Virus record (IMG/VR): IMGVR_UViG_3300045988_034731
DNA: 41,670 nucleotides
Source of the DNA: a virus
Direction: 5' to 3' (one strand)
Shown here: positions 30,999 to 39,900 of the stretch, one piece after another
Position numbering within the stretch: position 1 is the first letter of the stretch
Layout: every line of letters starts with the position of its first letter
The notes under the pieces: generated by a model
What the model was told of the DNA's origin: nothing
What the model saw: the letters and a program-made list of their open reading frames with translations, nothing else
Database searches by the model: none
Translations under genes and position numbers: made by a program

Positions 30999-31586
30999 AT
31001 GAAATTTACCAAGATTCCTTCTGATGCGTTTCAGAAGCTCCAGATTAACGCTGGTATCCTGACGACCGATTTCACACCGGCTACCGGCACCATCGGCGAG
31101 GCGGGGCAGATCGGCGCAACGACCGGCGGCGTCAACTTTACCGCCACGCCGACCTATTCGGACTTTGGCGAGGATATCGACAACTGCCCCAAGAACATGA
31201 AGGAGCTAAAAAAGCTCGATTCGTGGGAGGTCAAGATGACCGGCACGTTTGTCAATGCCGATACCGCCATTGCAAAGCGGCTGTGCGGCGCGGCTGACAT
31301 CGGGACGACCGACACGACCAAGGTCACGCCGCGCAACGACCTCAAGGACGCGGACTTTGATGATATCTGGCTCGTGGGCGATTACTCCGACAAGAACGGC
31401 GAAACCAACGGCGGCTTTATCGCGATCAAGCTGCTCAACGCGCTTTCCACGGGCGGCTTCCAGCTCAAGACGGCGGACAAGGCCAAGGGCCAGTTTGCGT
31501 TTGAGTTTACCGGGCACTACTCCATGAGCGCGCAGGACACCGTTCCCTTTGAAATTTACATCAAGGCCGGCACGGCGGAGGCGTAA
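30999..31586 (+). CDS. Major tail (tube) protein
   Basis: 195 aa, beta-rich, directly upstream of the G/G-T chaperone pair and the tape measure gene. Confidence 0.75.
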   Translation: MKFTKIPSDAFQKLQINAGILTTDFTPATGTIGEAGQIGATTGGVNFTATPTYSDFGEDIDNCPKNMKELKKLDSWEVKMTGTFVNADTAIAKRLCGAADIGTTDTTKVTPRNDLKDADFDDIWLVGDYSDKNGETNGGFIAIKLLNALSTGGFQLKTADKAKGQFAFEFTGHYSMSAQDTVPFEIYIKAGTAEA

Positions 31587-31955
31587 ATGAAACTTTCCGA
31601 TCTTAGTACCGAAAAAGCGGCTGATGTGTTGTGTGAAATCAGCGTTTATACTCTGTCGATTCTCGGAGATGAGAAACTTCGTGAATCGCTGAGAAATGGA
31701 ATCGACAAAACGGGCGCTGAAACATTTGCAGAAAAGTATGCATTTGCAACTGAGAAGATTACCGCTCTGCTCCCTGTGCTTTTGAAAACGCATCGAAATG
31801 ATCTTTTTGGCATTATCGCTGCTGTAAATAGCATTTCTGCCGATGTAGTGGCGAAGCAAAATGTCATGGTTACGCTTAACCAGTTCAAGGAAATCATGAG
31901 AGACGAGGAAATGATCTCTTTTTTCAGGTCGTGCGCGCGGGAGAATGGCAAGTAA
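31587..31955 (+). CDS. Tail assembly chaperone (gpG analogue)
   Basis: Lies between the major tail protein and the tape measure gene. Contains the slippery heptamer near its 3' end. Confidence 0.75.
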   Translation: MKLSDLSTEKAADVLCEISVYTLSILGDEKLRESLRNGIDKTGAETFAEKYAFATEKITALLPVLLKTHRNDLFGIIAAVNSISADVVAKQNVMVTLNQFKEIMRDEEMISFFRSCARENGK

Positions 31956-32239
31956 CGGCGGCACTCTTGCGCGTGCCTAAACTACACGCGCGCGCATTGA
32001 TAAAACTTTTGCCGAGGCTAATTGCCGAGCAACAAAAAGATGCCGCATACCGCATCTATGTGACCGACGCGCTGCGCATTGTGGCCGAAAACACGGCACA
32101 ATACGTGGGCGGGAACTATATCAAGGCGCGATACGCGGACATGATTGAGCCGAAAAAGCAGGACAACCGGACGTGCGAAGAAATCACCGCCGATATTGTC
32201 GCGCGGTGCGGATTGGAGGTGAAACATGAATCTACTTGA
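31587..32239 (+). CDS. G-T fusion tail assembly chaperone produced by -1 frameshifting at 31919-31925
   Basis: Track ORF 31931..32239 is in the -1 frame relative to 31587..31955. It has no RBS of its own and ends just inside the tape measure gene. Confidence 0.6.
31919..31925 (+). promoter_or_regulatory. -1 programmed frameshift slippery heptamer T_TTT_TTC
   Basis: In the zero frame it reads tc-t ttt ttc (S F F). The -1 frame reads FFQVVRAGEWQ... and stays open to 32239. Confidence 0.7.
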
Positions 32240-33731
32240 TTTATTTGTCAAGATCAGCGTAGACGACGGAGACGTAGACAAGGGCTTTTCAGAAACGAGC
32301 AGCAAAGCAGAAACGCTTGCAGGGAAACTGAAAGGCGGGCTTGCTACGGCGGCTAAGGTCGGCGGCGCTGCGATTGCGGCGGCTGGCGCGGCTGCGGTTG
32401 CCATTACAAAACAGGCCGTAGAAAATTACGGCGAATATGAGCAGCTGGTCGGTGGCGTGGAAACGCTTTTTAAATCCTCTGCCGATACCGTGATGCAGTA
32501 CGCACAGAACGCATACCAGACGGCGGGCATGAGCGCGAACGAGTACATGACCACCGTGACGGCGTTTTCCGCGTCGCTGCTGCAATCGATGGGCGGCGAC
32601 ACGGACGCGGCAGCGGAAAAGGCGAATCTGGCCATTACCGACATGAGCGACAACGCGAACAAGATGGGTTCCAGCATGGAATCTATCCAGAATGCGTATT
32701 CCGGTTTCGCCAAGCAAAACTATACCATGCTCGATAACCTCAAGCTCGGCTATGGCGGCACGAAGGAGGAAATGCAGCGGCTTTTGGACGATGCGAACGC
32801 CTTAAACGCCGCGCAAGGCAATTACACCGACTACACCATCGACAGCTACGCGGACATCGTTGACGCTATCCATACCGTGCAGACGGAAATGGGCATCACG
32901 GGAACAACGCAGCTGGAAGCCAGCACGACGATCCAAGGATCTATCGCGTCGATGAAAGCGGCGTATGACAACTTTATCACGGGACTTGGCGATGAAAACG
33001 CCGACATGGCGGAACTCATTACAAACCTTTTGGGCAGCACCGTGACGGTGGCGGAAAATCTCTTGCCGGTCGTTGAGAGAATCCTTGAAAACATCGGCGT
33101 TGTGGTGCAGGAAAAAGGCCCTGAAATGATTGAGAAATTTGTCGGCTATGCCGTCGAAAAACTGCCGCAGGTCATTGAGCTGGGCATGAAGATGGTGTTG
33201 GCGATCGTCAGCGGCCTTGCCAAAAATTTTCCGCAGATCGTTCGGTCGGTGCTTGACATGATGGCGACCATTGTAAAGACCTTCGTTTCCTCGCTCCCCA
33301 ATATCGTAAATGTCGGCAAACAGATCGTGAAGGGCTTGTGGGAAGGCATCAAGGCAATGGGCAGCTGGATCAAGGAAAAAGTCGGCAGCTTTTTCTCCGG
33401 AATTGTTTCAGGCGTAAAGAGCAAGCTTGGGATTCATTCCCCGTCTCGAGTATTTGCAGGGATCGGCGAGAATATGGCGCTGGGCCTTGGCGAGGGCTGG
33501 GAGAACGAATACGGCGACATCAAGCGGAATATTACGAGCAACCTCGACTTTGGGACGGCAAGCATCGGCACGGAACGGTCTGTTTTTGGGAAATTGCAGG
33601 GCGCAATCTCTTCTTTCGGAGGCATGGGCGGCGATATCAACATCGTTGTGCAGTCTGTGCTTGACGGGAAGGTGATCGGCGAGACGGCTTATAAATACAA
33701 CCGCCAAATGCAGCGGGCGATGGGGGTGTGA
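32226..33731 (+). CDS. Tape measure protein
   Basis: 501 aa, Ala/Gly-rich helical with TM-like segments (GGAAIAAAGAAAVAI). Canonical position. Confidence 0.85.
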   Translation: MNLLDLFVKISVDDGDVDKGFSETSSKAETLAGKLKGGLATAAKVGGAAIAAAGAAAVAITKQAVENYGEYEQLVGGVETLFKSSADTVMQYAQNAYQTAGMSANEYMTTVTAFSASLLQSMGGDTDAAAEKANLAITDMSDNANKMGSSMESIQNAYSGFAKQNYTMLDNLKLGYGGTKEEMQRLLDDANALNAAQGNYTDYTIDSYADIVDAIHTVQTEMGITGTTQLEASTTIQGSIASMKAAYDNFITGLGDENADMAELITNLLGSTVTVAENLLPVVERILENIGVVVQEKGPEMIEKFVGYAVEKLPQVIELGMKMVLAIVSGLAKNFPQIVRSVLDMMATIVKTFVSSLPNIVNVGKQIVKGLWEGIKAMGSWIKEKVGSFFSGIVSGVKSKLGIHSPSRVFAGIGENMALGLGEGWENEYGDIKRNITSNLDFGTASIGTERSVFGKLQGAISSFGGMGGDINIVVQSVLDGKVIGETAYKYNRQMQRAMGV

Positions 33732-34099
33732 GCATGAATGTGACTTTCCAAATTGGCTCGCTTGATTTAAGCAAGCGCCTTTCTACCTATGCGGTGCAGA
33801 TGGAAGTTTCCTATGGCAGAGTGCTGAAAACGATGGATGGGGTGGAACACGCAGTGCGGAGCCCGGACCGGGCCATTGTTTCCACGAGTTTTTTCCCCAT
33901 GACGGACGCAGAGGCGGAGGCGCTGTATGGCGCATTAAACAGCAGCGCCGTCACCGTGAAATTCAGCAATCCGTATACAAAGTCCGTAGAAACCCGAACT
34001 ATGCGGGTGGTAAGTAACCTGGACGCCGCTTTTGCGCTGAAATCCATAGACGGTAACGTGCGCTATAAAGGCGGCACGATCCAACTGAGGGCAAGATAA
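33728..34099 (+). CDS. Small tail/baseplate component
   Basis: GTGA overlap after the tape measure gene. 123 aa, beta-rich. Confidence 0.55.
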   Translation: MSMNVTFQIGSLDLSKRLSTYAVQMEVSYGRVLKTMDGVEHAVRSPDRAIVSTSFFPMTDAEAEALYGALNSSAVTVKFSNPYTKSVETRTMRVVSNLDAAFALKSIDGNVRYKGGTIQLRAR

Positions 34100-34788
34100 T
34101 GCAAACGACTAGCGCATTATGGAAAACACTCCTACAGGATAAAACGCACTGGAAAGAGCAAAAAATCAGCATTGGCCAGACGGAATACGATAAAGAGAAA
34201 ATCGTAAGCCTCTCCGTTTCGGCAGCGCTGTTCGGGGGACGGGTAGCAACCGTCGGGAGCTGTGTTTCTGCTCAATTAAGCCTTGTTTTGTGGAATCCTG
34301 GCAGCATTCCAAGGAATGCGGAGGTAAAAGCGTATACGCGATTGAGCAACGGGACGCAATCCTCGGAATGGCTGCAAGTCGGCGTTTTTTACATCGATAC
34401 CAGGGATATTGATCCCGATGCAAATACCATTACCCTATCTTGCTATGACGCCATGCTCAAAGCGGAGCAGACGTTTTTAATGGAAGGCGATACAGGCGAG
34501 TGGCCTAGGACGCAGCAAGCGGTTGTAAACGCCATTTGCACCCGCATGGGGGTGGAGCTGGATAGCCGGACGGTTATCAACTCCACCTACATGGTGGAGT
34601 ACCCCAACGACTATACCATGCGGGAGATTTTGGGCTATATCGCCGCCGCTCACGGCGGCTGCTGGATCATCACACCGGCGGGCAAGCTGCGGCTGGTGAC
34701 CCTGGGCGGCCTCCCGGCAGAAACAAATTACCTCGTGGATGAGTACGGCAACACAATCACGATGGGAGGGGTGAGAATCCTTGTCTGA
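34099..34788 (+). CDS. Distal-tail/baseplate protein (putative)
   Basis: TAATG overlap. 229 aa, in the Dit/Tal slot. Confidence 0.6.
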   Translation: MQTTSALWKTLLQDKTHWKEQKISIGQTEYDKEKIVSLSVSAALFGGRVATVGSCVSAQLSLVLWNPGSIPRNAEVKAYTRLSNGTQSSEWLQVGVFYIDTRDIDPDANTITLSCYDAMLKAEQTFLMEGDTGEWPRTQQAVVNAICTRMGVELDSRTVINSTYMVEYPNDYTMREILGYIAAAHGGCWIITPAGKLRLVTLGGLPAETNYLVDEYGNTITMGGVRILV

Positions 34789-36154
34789 CAAACTCTACTT
34801 GGGGCGGCAGATCACGGATTTTTCTGCCCCTCCCAAATTTTCTCCCTATAGCCGGGTAACGATCTGGTACGACGACGAGAACGCCTACACCGCCGGAGAC
34901 GATACCGGGCGGACGCTGGAGGTGGACTGCCCCTGGGCCACCCAGGCGATGGCCAACAACCTCCTGGCCGCCGTCTCCGGCTACGCATACCAGCCGTTTT
35001 CCGCTTCTGGCGCCATCCTGGACCCTGCGGCGGAGCTGGGCGATGCCATTACCGTCAACGGCATCTACAGCCTCCTGGCGACCATCGACACCACGGCGGA
35101 CGCCCTGGACAGCGCTGATATCGGCGCTCCCGGGGAGGAGGAAGTGGATCACGAGTACCCGTACCTCTCCCCGCAGGACCGGGCGCTGAAACGCAAGGTA
35201 GCTTTGGGGGCCCTGTACTACGGAACCCGGATCACCCGAAACAAAGGCTTGGAAATCGTGAAAACGGACGGGGAGACGGAGAAAGCCCGTGTGATCCTCA
35301 ACGCCGACACCCTGGCCTTCTACAACGACGATGGCGACGAGGCCCTGTACTTCGACGCCGCAGCGGGCAAGTACAAATTCCGGGGCATCATCAACGTCAA
35401 CGACAAGTTCCTAGTGGACAAGGACGGCAACGTTACCCTGGGCGGCAACGTGGTATTTACTGGCGAAAGCAGCTTTACCCTGGTCAAGTACTCCACGGAC
35501 AAGGAGACCTGGGTGGACGAGTGGGACGAGGCCTGGGAAAACACCAGCACGGAGGTGTGGGCCAAGTACAGCTACAACGCCGGGACCACCTGGACCTCCC
35601 CTATCCTGGTCCAAGCGAAAAACGGTGAGCAGGGGCCTGCCGGGTCCTCCGCCAGCGTTACCTTCGCCAACATCAAGGCCGCTCTGATGCGGGCCGCTTC
35701 CACGGAGGATACCTTCATCACGGCGGACGAGTTCGGAAGCCCCAACATTTACGGCGGCAAAATCTACGGCGCTGAGATCTACGCAGGCAGCGGGGACAGC
35801 GACGAAGGCTACGCCGCCATGACGGCCAACGGCTTCGACGTGGTTTCCTCCGGAGATTTGCACAAGATCGGCCTGGGCTTGGAAACCATCGGAAGCATCG
35901 ATTACCCGTATCTCATTCTGGGCGCAGGGTCCGGCGATACAGGCTCGGACAACGGGGTCGTGAAGAAATTTACCACGGGTATCTGGATCGGGGACAGCAG
36001 CGCCATCGGCGTGGCGAATTCCAGCCAGATCACCGGAACGGGGATTTTTATTTCCTTCGGCTCGAACACCATCTACCAGGTGAAAAACGGGGCGATGTCC
36101 GAAATTGGTTCCGGCAGCGGCGGCGAAGTCACCGTCCGGGCCGTATGGGGGTGA
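34781..36154 (+). CDS. Tail-associated structural protein (Tal-like slot)
   Basis: TTG start overlapping the upstream end. 457 aa, beta-rich with Gly-rich loops. Confidence 0.65.
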   Translation: MSDKLYLGRQITDFSAPPKFSPYSRVTIWYDDENAYTAGDDTGRTLEVDCPWATQAMANNLLAAVSGYAYQPFSASGAILDPAAELGDAITVNGIYSLLATIDTTADALDSADIGAPGEEEVDHEYPYLSPQDRALKRKVALGALYYGTRITRNKGLEIVKTDGETEKARVILNADTLAFYNDDGDEALYFDAAAGKYKFRGIINVNDKFLVDKDGNVTLGGNVVFTGESSFTLVKYSTDKETWVDEWDEAWENTSTEVWAKYSYNAGTTWTSPILVQAKNGEQGPAGSSASVTFANIKAALMRAASTEDTFITADEFGSPNIYGGKIYGAEIYAGSGDSDEGYAAMTANGFDVVSSGDLHKIGLGLETIGSIDYPYLILGAGSGDTGSDNGVVKKFTTGIWIGDSSAIGVANSSQITGTGIFISFGSNTIYQVKNGAMSEIGSGSGGEVTVRAVWG

Positions 36155-36160
36155 TCGGAA

Positions 36161-36802
36161 GTGGCTACAAGCGTATTCCCCGGCAGCTGGGAGTGTGATT
36201 ACACCAACACCACCATCACGGCGAGAGTTACTGATCCGGATGAATACTCCTATTTCTCCTGGTCCCTCCGGACTGCGGATGGTAACACAACCCTGCAATC
36301 CCGTGGGTACTCTCTCGCGCGGACGGTATCGTTTGGCGGCCTAACTCCTGCAACAACGTATCGCGTCTATATGTCTTGGTCACACTCGACAACTGGCGAA
36401 GGCAATTACGATTACGAGTACGTCACGACGCAGGCAGTGGAGCCTCAACCGGAGCGCCCTGCCAACTGGGAATGGACATCTACCGTGGCGGCAAATGCAG
36501 AAGTCCCGCTCACCTTGGAAGCAGATGGGACGTATCTTGCCAAATACCTCACGGCAGCGGAGTGGGACGGATTTATTGCCCGCTGCATCGAATTTGCACA
36601 GTATCTGGGGATGTCCGTCTCCGGCTCTCAGATCAGCACCACTCCTGGCACCAACATGGAGGCCAGCGACGTGAATGCTGTGATCGATCTCTTGACCACC
36701 ATGGATCCCCCCACGTCGCCTCCAGCCAAGGTTGCCGCCGGAGATGTGATCTCGGCGGCGACCATCAATGGGCTGAAAAACAGCCTCAACAGCATCACCT
36801 AG
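36161..36802 (+). CDS. Structural protein with an N-terminal fibronectin-type-III-like domain
   Basis: GTG start. VSFGGLTPATTYRVYMSW is an FN3-like strand motif. Confidence 0.6.
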   Translation: MATSVFPGSWECDYTNTTITARVTDPDEYSYFSWSLRTADGNTTLQSRGYSLARTVSFGGLTPATTYRVYMSWSHSTTGEGNYDYEYVTTQAVEPQPERPANWEWTSTVAANAEVPLTLEADGTYLAKYLTAAEWDGFIARCIEFAQYLGMSVSGSQISTTPGTNMEASDVNAVIDLLTTMDPPTSPPAKVAAGDVISAATINGLKNSLNSIT

Positions 36803-36816
36803 AAAGGAGAAATCCC

Positions 36817-36978
36817 ATGGATAAATCGAAGATCATCCGCATGGCGGCTGGTATCCGGGACGCCGCGCGGCACGTCACCGTAGCGGGCGAGGAGAACTGG
36901 ACGAACATGCTGGGCATCGTGCAGACGGCGGAGGCCATCATTGCGGAGGCCAGGAAGGAGGAGACTGCCAATGGCTGA
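36817..36978 (+). CDS. Small helical protein (53 aa) preceding the fibre gene
   Basis: ATG 36817 after aaaggaga. Overlaps the fibre start by 8 nt. Confidence 0.5.
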   Translation: MDKSKIIRMAAGIRDAARHVTVAGEENWTNMLGIVQTAEAIIAEARKEETANG

Positions 36979-39900
36979 CAAGAGCATCAACGATCTCCCG
37001 GCGGTAGAATCTCTGGCCGACGATGGCCTCCTGCCGGTATACCAGGACGGCGGGGCCAAGCGCCTCACGGGCGCCCAGCTCTCCCAGTACGCCGGGGATG
37101 CCGCTGTAGACGCCGTAACGGAGCAGGCCGAGGAGATTACCAAGGCGGCGACCAAGACGGCCACGGAAGCGGCCACGGCGGCAGCTTCCTCCGCTTCGGC
37201 TGCGGCCGGAAGCGCCGCAACGGCGAAGGCCAACGCCGACGCCGTGGACCCGGACGCCATCAACAGCCGGATCGCGGCGAAGGCGGACAACCTGTACTTT
37301 GACGAGGACACCAAGCTCCTCTACCTCACCTCCGGCGGGGAGATCATCGGGGACGGCATCAAGGTCTCCGTGGGAGGCTCCGGCGGCGGGGGCGGCAGCG
37401 ACAACAACGCCGTACTCACCCTCAGCAACACCACGGGATGGATTTTTAAGTCAATCGCAATGGGCGCGGCCTGCCCTCTCAGCGTCTCCTGGAGCTCTCT
37501 GGAGGACGGCCTGGCTACCGGGGGCGGCGTCCTCAAAGTCACCGTAAATGGGGCTCAGAAGCTCACGCAGCAGGTGGCGCAGGGCGCTGTGACGGTGGAT
37601 GTGGGCTCGTATCTCTCCCCCGGCACCAACGCCGTCAAGGTCAACATCAGCGACGTGTACGGCAACAGCCGGACCCTCTCCTTCTCCATCACGGCGGTGG
37701 CGCTCTCCCTCAGCTCCTCCTTCGACGCTTCGGTGCCCTACACCGGGGCCATCGCCTATCCGTACACCCCCACCGGCACGGCGACCAAGGTCATGCACTT
37801 CAAGCTGGACGGTGTGGAGCTGGAGACGGTGACGGTGACGGCATCCGGGCGGCAGCAGACTTACACCATCCCGGCGCAGACTCACGGAAGCCACAGCCTG
37901 GAGGTGTGGTTCACGGCCACGGTGGACGGCGAGAGCGTCAGCTCCAACGTCCTGCGCTACGACCTTATCTGCACGGTGGAGGGCACCACCACTCCCATCA
38001 TCGCCTCCGCCTGGCAGCAGGCCACGGCGGAGCAGTACAGCACCCTGTCCATCCCCTACATCGTGTACAATCCCTCCGGCCTCACGGCGGAGATCACCCT
38101 CAAGGTGGGAAGCACCGTCCTCAAGACCCTGACGGTGGACCGGACGGAGCAGGTGTGGAGCTATCGGGCGGACGAGGTGGGGGCTCTGAGCCTGTCCATC
38201 GTCTGCGGCAGCGTCACCAAGACCTTTACCACCACCGTGACGGAGAGCACCGTCAACGTGGAGGCGGAGACGGCGGACTTGGCCCTGCACCTCACCGCCT
38301 CCGGGCGGAGTAACACGGAGGCCAACAAGTCCAGCTGGAGCTACGGCAGCATCGCCGCAAGCCTCACGGGCTTCAACTGGACTTCCGACGGCTGGACGAC
38401 CGACGCCGACGGCATCACGGCCTTGCGGGTGGCGGGCGACGCCCGTGTGACCATTCCCCTGCAGATCTTCGCCCAGGACTTCCGGACCACCGGCAAGACC
38501 ATCGAGCTGGAGTTTGCCACCCGGGATGTCATGGACTACGACGCCACCGTGATCTCCTGTCTCTCCGGAGGCCGGGGCATCAAGGTGACGGCGCAGAAAG
38601 CATCCCTGACCTCTGAGCAGAGCGAGGTCTCCACCCAGTACAAGGAGGACGAGCACGTCCGCCTGGCCTTCGTGGTGGAAAAACGTGCGGAAAACCGTCT
38701 GATCCTGGTCTACATCAACGGCATCCTCTCCGGCGCGGTGCAGTACCCCGCGGACGATGACTTCTCCCAGAGCAGCCCCGTGGGCATCTCCATCGGCTCC
38801 AACTCCTGCACCACGGACATCTACGGCATCCGGGTCTACAACAACAGCCTCACCCGCTACCAGGTCCTCAACAACTGGATCGCGGACAGCCAGGCCATCG
38901 ACGATCTCCTGGCCCGATATCAGCGCAACAAGGTCTATGATGACTACGGCCAGATCGTGATCGATGACCTTCCCCAGGACCTCCCGTACCTCATCCTGGA
39001 GGGGCCGGAGCTACCCCAGTACAAAGGCGACAAGAAGACCGTCTCCGGCAGCTTCGTGGACCCCACGGACAGCTCCCGGAACTTCACGTTTACCGGGGCC
39101 AGCATCAACGTGCAGGGCACCAGCTCCCAGTATTACGCCCGGAAGAATTACAAAGTCACCTTCAAGGGCGGCTTTGTGGTGGACGGCGTGACGGCGGCCA
39201 AGTACGCCCTGCGGCCCGGCGCTATCCCCGTTGACACCTTCACCTTCAAGGCAGACGTAGCAAGCTCTGAGGGGGCCAACAACGTGGAGCTGGTACGGCT
39301 CTACAACGACGCCTGCCCCTACCAGACGCCGCCCCAGGAGGCCAACAGCGCCGTCCGGCAGGGCATCGACGGCTTCCCCATGGTGATCTTCTGGCGGCAC
39401 GGCGACGAGACCACCTTCCTGGGCAAGTACAACTTCAACAACGACAAGGGCACCCCGGAGGTCTACGGCTTCGCCGAAGGGGACGAGAGCTGGGAAATCC
39501 TCAACAACACCAGCGACCGGGTTTTGTGGAAAAGCGCCGACTTCACGGGCGACTGGACCGGCGACTTCGAGGGCCGCTACCCGGACGGCAACACAGACAC
39601 CACGAAGCTGGCCGCTCTCGCCGCCTGGCTTGTGAGCACAGATCAGAGCGCCGTGACCAGCGACGCCGACAAGGCCGCCCGCCTGGCGAAGTTCAAATCG
39701 GAGCTTCCGGACCACCTGGAGCTACAGAGCGCCCTCTTCTACTACCTCTTTACGGAGCTCTTCCTGATGGTGGACAGCCGGGCGAAGAACGCCTTCCCGT
39801 CCCACCTGGGGCCGGACAAGTGGTGCTGGCTCCCCTATGACTTCGATACCGCCATCGGCACCAACAACGAGGGCGCCCTGGTCTTCGGTTATGCCCTGGA

